Positions 1 to 7,905 of a DNA stretch of 64,000 nt are shown piece after piece; position 1 is the stretch's first letter; every line of letters starts with the position of its first letter. The translations under genes and the position numbers were made by a program. The DNA is from a virus. Taxonomy: Duplodnaviria > Caudoviricetes. The notes beneath the pieces are model-generated. The model had not been told where the DNA came from. It saw nothing but the letters and a program-made list of their open reading frames with translations, and did not search any database. The stretch covers positions 32,530-96,529 of IMG/VR virus record IMGVR_UViG_2919425241_000002. The stretch is one strand, 5' to 3'.

Positions 1-230
1 TTTCGGCCACTTAAACGCACAGGACCAAAAAAGCACTAATACGGGTGTTTTTGAGACACTGTTTTGCAACAGAATCGATGCGGTTTTACTCAGATGTTTA
101 CAAAACATAATTAGAAGCATCATTCTGTTCACAAGAGTAAATTTTCACAACAAGCAATTTTTACAGAATTGAACGAGGCGGGCGCAAGATTATTTTCCAG
201 TCATTGTTAAATTCCTTTGCGAAAATTACC

Positions 231-335
231 TCAATCAAACCAGTTGAAAAAGTCCGACAAATCGATGAATAAGCAGCCCCATGTAATGCCGAAAAGAAGA
301 ACGACAGCAACCAGAATAATGATGAACCAAATCAC
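231..335 (-). CDS. Small hydrophobic peptide, 34 aa (VIWFIIILVAVVLLFGITWGCLFIDLSDFFNWFD)
   Basis: Manually translated; GTG start, one TM-like stretch. Confidence 0.4.
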   Translation of the reverse strand: MIWFIIILVAVVLLFGITWGCLFIDLSDFFNWFD

Positions 336-408
336 GGTTTCATCACGTCCCTGCCTTTAGAGTTTATCAATTCTCCGCTAATCATCATTTGCACCTCTCA
401 TGAAATCC

Positions 409-438
409 AGATCAAATGTTCGTAAGAACAAGCATTCG
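409..438. promoter_or_regulatory. Tandem LexA (SOS) box-like sites AGATCAAATGTTCG / AGAACAAGCATTCG
   Basis: Match to Firmicute consensus CGAAC-N4-GTTCG; homologous pair at 62545-62574. Confidence 0.55.
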
Positions 439-585
439 TAAGATCGAGTATCAGACATATTCCCAAAACGGCTGAATTTGCCCGAAAACGAGTGAATTTA
501 AAGACGACTCTTTTTTCCCTACATATTAGATTAATAAGGCCCTTTGTTATACGTACTAAGTTACGTTAGAGCGTATCTTTTAAAA
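417..585 (+). repeat. Conserved non-coding block, inverted copy of ~62400-62566
   Basis: Shared segments GTTCGTAAGAACAAGCATTCGTRAGATCGAGTATC, TTTTTTCC(C)TACAT, AATAAGG and TTATACGTACTWAGTTAC. Confidence 0.8.
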
Positions 586-860
586 CCCCGTTCCCTTAAG
601 GTTTGCGTCTGGTCCATCACTATGGGTCGTGTACAGCAGCTGGTATGCCTCCGGTAAACGTATGGTTTTGATTATTGAGCGACATCATGATTCATTGCCT
701 CCTTAACGATGCTAATGATTAACCCTGCTACGTTCTTGAATGTGGGGTTATGCAGGGATGGTGGTTAGAAACCTGACGGTTTCTTTATTATTATTAGGGC
801 TTGTATTGCAAAAACAGTTGCTTCATACTATTAATTGTAAATATTTAGGGGGGATTCAAT

Positions 861-1712
861 TTGCCAAATAATCTAGGTCTTTCTGAGCAACTGTTGTATT
901 CGACTGCACGCATTGAGTGTACATTAGCTAATGGAACAAGTACCGGTACTGGGTTCTTCTTCTCTTTCGACGTTGATGATGGTCCACTTAAAATTCCTGT
1001 TGTTGTTACCAACAAGCATGTGATTGAGAATTCTGTAACTGGCCGCATTCTCTTTAATGTTGCTGACTCAGAGGGTAACCCGGTTGATACTGAGCATTAT
1101 CCAATCGCGTTAGATAACTTTGAAAGCCGTTGGTTTCTTCACCCAGAACCAGAAGTTGACCTGTGTGTAATGCCGATTGGTCCTTATGTCAATTATGCTA
1201 GCCATCATGGAGAAAAATTGTTTTATAGGACATTAGGAAAACAATACATTCCTAGTTTTGAACAATTAAACGAGCTAGGGGTAATGGAAGAGATAACAAT
1301 GGTTGGATACCCTAGTGGTTTATGGGATGCAGTCAATAATAAACCCATCGTACGAAGAGGAATAACCGCAACACATCCAAAACTTAATTATAATGGCGTT
1401 GAAGAATTTTTAATTGATGCAGCTTGTTACCCAGGTTCGAGCGGTTCTCCTGTAATGATCGTTAACGAAGGAAGCTTCACGAACAGAGCAGGCTTTCAAA
1501 TGGGAGTAAATAGAATTTTTCTACTAGGCATCTTATATGCAGGTCCACAGTTCACTGCAACCGGTCAAATTCGAATGCAAAACATCCCGAATAGACCCGT
1601 ATCAGTATCACATATCCCTATGAATCTAGGAAATGTGATCAAGGCACATAAATTACTTGACTTCGAAGAAATGTTAATTCAATTGTACAAATCATCCCCG
1701 CAACAGAATTAA
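861..1712 (+). CDS. Trypsin-like (S1) serine protease
   Basis: GTGFF, TNKH (His), VDL (Asp), PGSSGSP (Ser) triad motifs; no signal peptide. Confidence 0.85.
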   Translation: MPNNLGLSEQLLYSTARIECTLANGTSTGTGFFFSFDVDDGPLKIPVVVTNKHVIENSVTGRILFNVADSEGNPVDTEHYPIALDNFESRWFLHPEPEVDLCVMPIGPYVNYASHHGEKLFYRTLGKQYIPSFEQLNELGVMEEITMVGYPSGLWDAVNNKPIVRRGITATHPKLNYNGVEEFLIDAACYPGSSGSPVMIVNEGSFTNRAGFQMGVNRIFLLGILYAGPQFTATGQIRMQNIPNRPVSVSHIPMNLGNVIKAHKLLDFEEMLIQLYKSSPQQN

Positions 1713-1761
1713 CCACAACCAGAACATATTTTCTCATTTCATCTCCGCACATTTTCTTTTT

Positions 1762-2091
1762 GTGGTAAAATATAGGATGGGAATGGAGGTGATATTAACG
1801 TTGAAATTGAAAGAGAACCAAAGACTGTGTGGCAATAGATTCCTGTTGGAATTGCACTCGAACTCGTTAAGTATTAAAGATCTGACCGATGTTTTTTCTG
1901 GTCCACACGATATTGAAATCATTACTAATCAAGAAACAGGCAAGTCGATACTTGATCTTTATGAATCCTACTTGAATGACTCTTTTGAAAATGGTTATGA
2001 ATTAATTTTAGGGGAAAAATTATTAGTTCATAAAGACGATAGAAATGATGTATGCCAGCTTCACCTTGCAATACCAAATGAATTCCACTAG
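1762..2091 (+). CDS. Hypothetical protein (true start probably TTG at 1801)
   Basis: ORF with GGAGGTG RBS before TTG 1801. Confidence 0.55.
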   Translation: MVKYRMGMEVILTLKLKENQRLCGNRFLLELHSNSLSIKDLTDVFSGPHDIEIITNQETGKSILDLYESYLNDSFENGYELILGEKLLVHKDDRNDVCQLHLAIPNEFH

Positions 2092-2110
2092 CCCCCGCTA
2101 GTGGTTTTTT
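2085..2110. terminator. Terminator hairpin CCACTAGC-ccc-GCTAGTGG plus T run
   Basis: Inverted repeat between convergent genes; near-identical copy at 63144. Confidence 0.75.
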
Positions 2111-2567
2111 ATTTCCGCTCGATCGGTACTTCACCAAGCAGCAATATTGCCTGCTCTCTTCTCTCATCACTGACAAATCCCGAATAACTCTTGCAGTGAA
2201 TCAAGTGCGGCAGCAGCTGGCCCATATCGTCATCGTCATCAAGGATTACGAAACGCTCGACCGGCTGCTCGAGCTCATCCATAAACAATTGAATCTCTTT
2301 GCCGCGGATCTCCCAATCCAATACAGGAGTTGCACCGATAACATATTTGTCGAGGTCATACCAGGAGAAAAGTTTCTTAATTTCCTCGATCGATAATCCT
2401 TTTCGCCATACTGAGGAAAGAATAATCTTAGCACCGGTGCGCTTGATCACTTCCCGCAGATTTCGGACGGCTACTGGGCAAAATTCCTGCATCATGTGTA
2501 ATCGACTGCGCACCATGTAATCTCGATGATTCATTACTCCGTCAATATCTAGAAAGATTAGCTTCAT
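2109..2567 (-). CDS. HAD-family phosphatase (Swiss-Army-knife RNA-repair-like HAD domain), copy 1
   Basis: FLDIDGV motif I, SSxWR, RGKEI, ILDD motif. Confidence 0.85.
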   Translation of the reverse strand: MKLIFLDIDGVMNHRDYMVRSRLHMMQEFCPVAVRNLREVIKRTGAKIILSSVWRKGLSIEEIKKLFSWYDLDKYVIGATPVLDWEIRGKEIQLFMDELEQPVERFVILDDDDDMGQLLPHLIHCKSYSGFVSDERREQAILLLGEVPIERK

Positions 2568-2809
2568 GAGTATCCCCCTCTAGTTCATCATGTAACGTCC
2601 ACATTGGCACTTAACAGGCATTTACGAATGCCCTAGGTACATTTATGTGGTTTCGTGTTTAACCGCACTTAAAAAGTAAAACGATAAGGTCGTACCATCG
2701 GCTTATTCAGGCGGCCTCCTACGTTACATCAACCTCAGCGCTAAGGATCATTTCACTTTCTAAATGCAGTTTCGGGTAATAAAAAAAGCACCCAAGAGGT
2801 GCTTAAGAC

Positions 2810-3214
2810 TTACTCGACGATTTTTATGTCTGCTCTTTCTAAATAATCATCAAATCCATGTCCACGATGAATCCTGTTGATGATTTTACCTAATCTGTAT
2901 TGTTCGTTAGTTATTGTCATCTCAGGTCTCTTTGGATACGGAATATCCATTCTATAGCCATCAACTGCTACTGTATAGAATGTTTCGATTGTGTTTCCAT
3001 TGTATTTCAACAAATACTTCTTACGATAAGCCTTGGGATCTGAATATCGTTCTACCCAAGACTCATGAAATTCATTGTCGAAATTATCATCACGAACTGT
3101 TAAAATCGTAATCTGAATATCGCTAGTTAAAACAAATAGCCCCAGCTCATCATCATAAATCCAATCGATTGGATCGGATTCTATGATCCTGGATTTAAAT
3201 ACTTCGTACCTCAT
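2810..3214 (-). CDS. Hypothetical protein
   Basis: 134-aa ORF with GGAGGTG RBS and downstream terminator at 2781-2804. Confidence 0.7.
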   Translation of the reverse strand: MRYEVFKSRIIESDPIDWIYDDELGLFVLTSDIQITILTVRDDNFDNEFHESWVERYSDPKAYRKKYLLKYNGNTIETFYTVAVDGYRMDIPYPKRPEMTITNEQYRLGKIINRIHRGHGFDDYLERADIKIVE

Positions 3215-3262
3215 TCTTTCTCACCTCCCACCTACATTTTCCAACATATGCAGCCGGCTTGT

Positions 3263-3544
3263 CTAATCAAGTTTTGATAAAGACAATTTACTCTGCATCA
3301 TTTCTGGAAGATGAACAATGCCATATTTGGCAAAGAAATAAAGGCCGATAAACGCAACAATACCAACGATCATGCTATGTACCTTGCCGCGGATATTAAA
3401 AGCAAACCTCAAGATAATCGCGGTTACTAACGATGGCCCGACAATATACATAAGTAAAAGTTGTACTACTGAATAAGCCATCGCATTAATATTGTTTGTA
3501 AATACTGTAGTTAAACCTTCCAAAACATCGCCTCCATATTCCAT
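3263..3544 (-). CDS. Small membrane protein (2 TM)
   Basis: Hydrophobic ORF; GGAGG RBS before TTG. Confidence 0.6.
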   Translation of the reverse strand: MEYGGDVLEGLTTVFTNNINAMAYSVVQLLLMYIVGPSLVTAIILRFAFNIRGKVHSMIVGIVAFIGLYFFAKYGIVHLPEMMQSKLSLSKLD

Positions 3545-3787
3545 ATATCGGAAATATGAAAAAAATCTTTAATAGAAAACCAAGAGAAGGCGAGATCCCC
3601 GCGAAAATAAAAAGAGCAGGGCTTATGCACGGCCATCGGTGCTTACTTCTCTCACCAATGCAGCGGCGCTGCCTGCTTACGAATTGTTTTATTCGGGTGC
3701 TGCCTTCTTCTTGATTTCCTATGATATAAATTTAACACGTTTAAAACCAAATGGCGTCGTTTTGAGAGCGGCAAAACTACTTTCTTT

Positions 3788-3958
3788 TTACTGATAATCT
3801 TCGGCGCCAAAATTCTCTCTCAATGCCCTTTTCCTTTTCTGCTCCATGTGCAACTTCAGTAAACCTCGCCGTTCAAGTACCTCATTACGCTTGATCATGA
3901 ATTTCATCCTCTGTCGTTGTGGAGTGATCGGGCCGCCGAAAGGTGTATTCCTGGTCAT
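3788..3958 (-). CDS. Small basic protein, 56 aa (MTRNTPFGG...)
   Basis: Manually translated; TGATG stop/start overlap with the upstream peptide. Confidence 0.5.
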   Translation of the reverse strand: MTRNTPFGGPITPQRQRMKFMIKRNEVLERRGLLKLHMEQKRKRALRENFGAEDYQ

Positions 3959-4041
3959 CACTTATTCCGAATAGACTGGACCAGAGCAATGATGCTTAAG
4001 ACAAGAGCTGCCGCGATTACGATCCATGTAATTGTGTTCAT
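3958..4041 (-). CDS. 27-aa single-TM peptide MNTITWIVIAAALVLSIIALVQSIRNK
   Basis: GGGAGGT RBS; hydrophobic helix with basic tail. Confidence 0.6.
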   Translation of the reverse strand: MNTITWIVIAAALVLSIIALVQSIRNK

Positions 4042-4123
4042 AGTAATTACCTCCCGATCTTGATTTGTAAAGCATTTATGTTAAGATTGGGTGGAGAGGT
4101 CTTTCGACCCCTCCGAGGAACCT

Positions 4124-4258
4124 CTAACGTCTGCGCCCTACGCGTCGTTTTCTGGTTCCTTTTTTCTTTTCTTCTTCCTCCTTACGACTTTTACGGTTCA
4201 ATATGATCGCTGTCCAAAGTTGAACCAAAGCCGTTAGAAGCAGTACCCAATCTTTCAT
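4124..4258 (-). CDS. 44-aa peptide with hydrophobic N-terminus and highly charged tail (MKDWVLLLTALVQLWTAIILNRK...RRVGRRR)
   Basis: AAGGGTG RBS; followed by hairpin at 4093-4114. Confidence 0.6.
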   Translation of the reverse strand: MKDWVLLLTALVQLWTAIILNRKSRKEEEEKKKGTRKRRVGRRR

Positions 4259-4401
4259 CTTCTCACCCTTTCAGGAAGCCCTAATGTTTCACTTCCTGTA
4301 TTAAATATATCACTTTCTGTACAAGAAGTCAAATATTATATTTGATTTTCTGTACTTTTTTTATTACTATGGATAGATATAATACAGAAAGGGGTGTTTT
4401 T

Positions 4402-4611
4402 ATGCCATTTTCGTATAAACCCTTATTTAAACTGCTTGTTGATAAAGAGATGAAAAAAACTGATCTGCGACAATTGGGATTCGGTCCTTCAACAATTGCT
4501 AAATTTGATAAAGGTGAAAATGTGTCTTTGGATGTCATTGATAAACTTTGTACTTTTTTTGGAGTACAACCAAATGAGATCATCGAGCACAAACCTGAAA
4601 ATCAGGGCTAA
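4402..4611 (+). CDS. Cro/C1-type HTH transcriptional regulator
   Basis: SYKPLFKLL...STIAK...VSLDVIDKLC...PNEIIE pattern; AAGGGGTG RBS before ATG 4402. Confidence 0.85.
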   Translation: MPFSYKPLFKLLVDKEMKKTDLRQLGFGPSTIAKFDKGENVSLDVIDKLCTFFGVQPNEIIEHKPENQG

Positions 4612-4661
4612 TAAGAAAGAGGAGCCGCCATAATCCCACATGGTAGTTCCTCTTCTTTTTA

Positions 4662-5789
4662 TTAAAATTTCAATCCAATTGTACTTTCTAATGAATCCGC
4701 GGCTTCTTCTTGCATGTTTGGCAGCAAGTGAGAATACGTGTCTAAGGTCAGAGTAATTGTAGAGTGCCCTAGACGTTCTGAGACGACTTTAGGATGCACA
4801 CCTTGCCTTAACATGATAGAAGCATGTGTATGTCTTAAATCATGGAATGTGATTGTTGGAGCTGATTCTGGTTTATAATTCTGCTGCATCGTTTTCCAAG
4901 CATGAATAACTTTAGTTGCCGTGGCCGGTGTCCCTTTGGAACTACATACAACCAAATCATTATCCTCATACTTGATTTTTGGATTTTGCTTCTCAAGCTC
5001 GTTCTTTTGTCTTTGCTCTTCGAGAATAGAGATGATTTGTTGAGAGATCGCGATTGTGCGCCGGCTCTTCTCAGTCTTCAATCCGGTAAATATGGTCATG
5101 TTCTTCACCAAATTACGCCGCACTTGAATAATTCCTTTTTCCATGTCTATATCTGACCACCGAAGCGCAAGGATCTCCCCCTGCCGCATTCCCGTCATAA
5201 CAGCCAAATAAGCGGCGATCCAGTAACGGCTCTCGTTCTTTGTTGCTTGGAAAAACTCTCTAACCGTATCGATGTCCCAAACTGCTCGTTCTTTCCTTTT
5301 GACAGTTGGCTTCTCTATTTTATTGGCAGCGTTCTTCGAGATAAGGTCTTTCCTCTCCGCGGCATTTAGTGAGGCATTCACGGTAGCGAAGATCCGCTTT
5401 ACCATTTCATCGCCTAATTCTTTTTCGCGAATTGATGCAATGAGTTGCTCCATGTGTGTTGCATTGATCTTCGACAAAGGAATGTCTCCGAGAACAGGAT
5501 TAATGTGCGTTCTAAAGTATGACTCATACATTTTCCTGGTTGAGTGTGCAATATTGGCCCGACCAGATAACCACTGCTCAAAATAAGAACCAAAACTCAT
5601 CTTGTTTGGTTCTATGTACTCCCCTTTACTGAGCTCCGTTATAATTGCGGCCCGCGCTTTTTTCGCTTCTGTAATAGTCTTGAACCCCCTGCGCGTGACA
5701 CGCTTGCCGTTAACCATAACCTGAAACCAATAGGGATTACTTTTCGCATTCTCATTAAACTTAATTGTCTTGTCCGAAGATGCTGCCAT
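4662..5789 (-). CDS. Tyrosine integrase with N-terminal arm-binding domain
   Basis: GMRQGEI, FHDLRHTHAS, LGH...TLDTYSH catalytic motifs; GGAGG RBS supports start 5789 rather than 5867. Confidence 0.95.
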   Translation of the reverse strand: MAASSDKTIKFNENAKSNPYWFQVMVNGKRVTRRGFKTITEAKKARAAIITELSKGEYIEPNKMSFGSYFEQWLSGRANIAHSTRKMYESYFRTHINPVLGDIPLSKINATHMEQLIASIREKELGDEMVKRIFATVNASLNAAERKDLISKNAANKIEKPTVKRKERAVWDIDTVREFFQATKNESRYWIAAYLAVMTGMRQGEILALRWSDIDMEKGIIQVRRNLVKNMTIFTGLKTEKSRRTIAISQQIISILEEQRQKNELEKQNPKIKYEDNDLVVCSSKGTPATATKVIHAWKTMQQNYKPESAPTITFHDLRHTHASIMLRQGVHPKVVSERLGHSTITLTLDTYSHLLPNMQEEAADSLESTIGLKF

Positions 5790-5813
5790 GATTGATCCTC
5801 CATTGATATTTAT

Positions 5814-5911
5814 CTGATGCAACCAATTATAAACCAATTGCATCAAATTTGCATCAACTAATAACAAAGCATTGATATATCTGGGTTTTCTTCAATGGTT
5901 TCCACACATCC
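5814..5911. other. Putative att arm of element A
   Basis: Direct repeats TTGCATCAA (5838-5846, 5849-5857) and an inverted copy TGATGCAA (5815-5822), typical of arm-type integrase sites; abuts the gerE fragment. Confidence 0.65.
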
Positions 5912-6058
5912 ATGGGCAGCGACCACAAAAACAAATTTCTACTTACAAACCGCGAACGCGAAGTATTCGAACTATTAGTGCAGGACAAAACGACGAAGGA
6001 TATCGCACAGCAGCTTTTCATCAGTGAGAAAACTGTGAGAAATCATATTTCCAATGTA
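5912..6058 (+). pseudogene. gerE: GerE fragment (49 codons), interrupted gene; ORF reads on into phage sequence to 6205
   Basis: LLTNREREVFELLVQDKTTKDIAQQLFISEKTVRNHISNV is near-identical to GerE; the expected MQKLxVKGRSQAVVEL C-terminus is replaced by unrelated sequence. Confidence 0.93.
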
Positions 6059-6090
6059 ACGTATTATCAAGTCATAACAAATAAAAAGAG
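6040..6090. other. Putative att junction of the serine-recombinase prophage (crossover near 6055-6060)
   Basis: GerE similarity stops at codon V49, about 40 bp from the recombinase stop codon. Confidence 0.8.
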
Positions 6091-6096
6091 GCTAGC

Positions 6097-7689
6097 TTAT
6101 AGCTGCCCCAATACAGTATATACATCCGCTTCGCCTTCTTCAGATATCTCAATACGATCAATAAGCTTGGATAAGGTGATCCTGGTAAACTCTACATCAT
6201 CATAAGTACCCCGAGCTGTAATCTGACTAAGCGCCGCTTTAATGTCTTTATGAAGTTTATCCTTATCTTTTCGCTGAGCATTCTTGGCCCGGATACTACC
6301 AAGCTTCTGTTCAGCATCAGCAATTTCTAATTCATATTGCTGTTTCTCAAATTCATACTGGTTGTCATTCATCTCTTGGAGCATATGCTGCTTCCTGATT
6401 CCAAAAAGAAGCATCCGATTATCTGCGATCGTCTTTTCCAGTCGTTTGATATCCTTCTCGAAATCATTAACTGAGTTTCCGTATTCGGATGTATCAGTTA
6501 TACCACCTGCGAAAGAACCGAAGTTCACCGCTCTGTTCATCCGCTCGACTACCCCATTAATAAGCTCGTCTCTAAACTCTTCATAAGGAACCCAAGATTT
6601 ATTTACACAACCACTAGCACCTTGCCGGCGTCTTTTGCTGCATACCAGATAAGTATACTTCCTAGCTCCCGGTCTCGGGGATCCGGACATTGCTACGATT
6701 GCCGATCCGCAGCACTTACAGAAGATCATCTTAGCGAATGCATTAACAAATTTGCGCTGCCCTCCCCGAGCTCCGCCTCCACGAACCAAGCGTATACGTT
6801 GTGCTTCTTGGAAAGCCTCTGCTGGGATTATTGCTTCATGTGTTTGAAAGTCTGTCTTCTCCCATTTACTTTTATCGCGTAAGCTAAGGACTTTTCTTCT
6901 GTTCTGCAAATCATTAATGTCATCATAGACTTGTCTGGTTTCTAGCTTCGAGAACGTGACATAACCGGTGTATGTTTCATTCTGTAAAATACGTTGAACT
7001 GAGCTTATTCCCCATGTGCCAGTTTTAGGGCTAGGCATGATCTCATTAATTGGGTCATTCAAAAACCCAACAATCAACTTTTCACCCATACCTTTATTGA
7101 TGTATAGATCGAAAATCAGCCTAACCACTTCAGCATGCTCAGGAACTACTTCCAGTGACTTCCTGCCTTCGGCTGTAACAATTTTCTTATAACCAAACGG
7201 TGCAATAGATCCAGTGAAGTTCCCAGACTTTGCAGACTGTCTCTTGCCACGCTTAGACGACGTGCTGATGTTCTCTGATTGCTTTTGGTTAACTGAAGAG
7301 ATGATGCTGAAGATCATTTCATTGTCTTCTTTACCTGAGTCATACATGTCCTCAATTGAGATAACACGAACACCTAGAGCATTGACCAACATCCGTTTTA
7401 GTGAAAGAGCATCGAGAGTGTCACGGCTAAACCTGGACAGAGATGCAAAGTAAATTGTTTTGTACAATCCCTTCTTTGCATCCTCAATTAATTTGCGGAC
7501 ATCTTCCCTCTCAATAATGTTTGTACCGGTATCACGATCAAGGTAAACATGTTCAATCTCTACATTGTCGGATGCCGCGTTTTCGCGGATCAATCCCTCT
7601 TGATGCTCAGGGCTATCTTTTTGGCTATCTTTAAGCGTAGAGACGCGGACATAAGCCCGCGCCTTCTCTTTGGTCAGTTTTTGTTGCAA
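6097..7689 (-). CDS. Large serine recombinase (phage integrase)
   Basis: YVRVST catalytic Ser, SRFSRD, APFGY, recombinase domain, CKCCG...C zinc ribbon, coiled coil. Confidence 0.95.
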   Translation of the reverse strand: MQQKLTKEKARAYVRVSTLKDSQKDSPEHQEGLIRENAASDNVEIEHVYLDRDTGTNIIEREDVRKLIEDAKKGLYKTIYFASLSRFSRDTLDALSLKRMLVNALGVRVISIEDMYDSGKEDNEMIFSIISSVNQKQSENISTSSKRGKRQSAKSGNFTGSIAPFGYKKIVTAEGRKSLEVVPEHAEVVRLIFDLYINKGMGEKLIVGFLNDPINEIMPSPKTGTWGISSVQRILQNETYTGYVTFSKLETRQVYDDINDLQNRRKVLSLRDKSKWEKTDFQTHEAIIPAEAFQEAQRIRLVRGGGARGGQRKFVNAFAKMIFCKCCGSAIVAMSGSPRPGARKYTYLVCSKRRRQGASGCVNKSWVPYEEFRDELINGVVERMNRAVNFGSFAGGITDTSEYGNSVNDFEKDIKRLEKTIADNRMLLFGIRKQHMLQEMNDNQYEFEKQQYELEIADAEQKLGSIRAKNAQRKDKDKLHKDIKAALSQITARGTYDDVEFTRITLSKLIDRIEISEEGEADVYTVLGQL

Positions 7690-7695
7690 AATATA

Positions 7696-7887
7696 TCACA
7701 CCTTTGCGTGGTTACGAATTATTTCATTGAGTCCTATTGTAAGCTTTGCGCCGTGTTTTGTTAATACAGAACTAACATTCGTATTTACGGCCGAAGCAAT
7801 AGCTTCCAAGACATCGCCTTCTACAGGAATGAAATTGATCTTTATCTTTTTCACCTGCTTGCCTTCACGTTTCCCCATAAGCATCAC
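7696..7887 (-). CDS. Small protein directly upstream of the integrase; candidate recombination directionality factor
   Basis: Size and position only; its 3' end supplies the integrase RBS (AAGGTG). Confidence 0.45.
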   Translation of the reverse strand: MMLMGKREGKQVKKIKINFIPVEGDVLEAIASAVNTNVSSVLTKHGAKLTIGLNEIIRNHAKV

Positions 7888-7893
7888 CCATAT

Positions 7894-7902
7894 TATTCTA
7901 TG
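7894..7902 (-). promoter_or_regulatory. Mother-cell sigma (SigK/SigE)-type -10 element CATAGAATA
   Basis: Matches CATA-N3-TA; lies in the short gap between ArpU and the putative RDF; no convincing -35. Confidence 0.35.
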
Positions 7903-7905
7903 TCG

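Larger units (their letters stand above)
1..5911 (-). mobile_element. Element A: right end of a tyrosine-integrase element, probably a second related prophage extending left of the window
   Basis: Tyrosine integrase at 4662-5789 with arm-type repeats just upstream; shares a HAD gene, its terminator and a ~170-bp non-coding block with the far end of prophage B. Confidence 0.75.

Noticed and set aside
620-790. Riboswitch plus 22-aa ORF on the minus strand
   Set aside because: An RBS and a CCCTGC/GCAGGG stem exist but match no aptamer I recognise
5912-6205. Intact 97-aa LuxR-family regulator
   Set aside because: Only the first 49 codons are GerE; the rest is att/antisense integrase sequence
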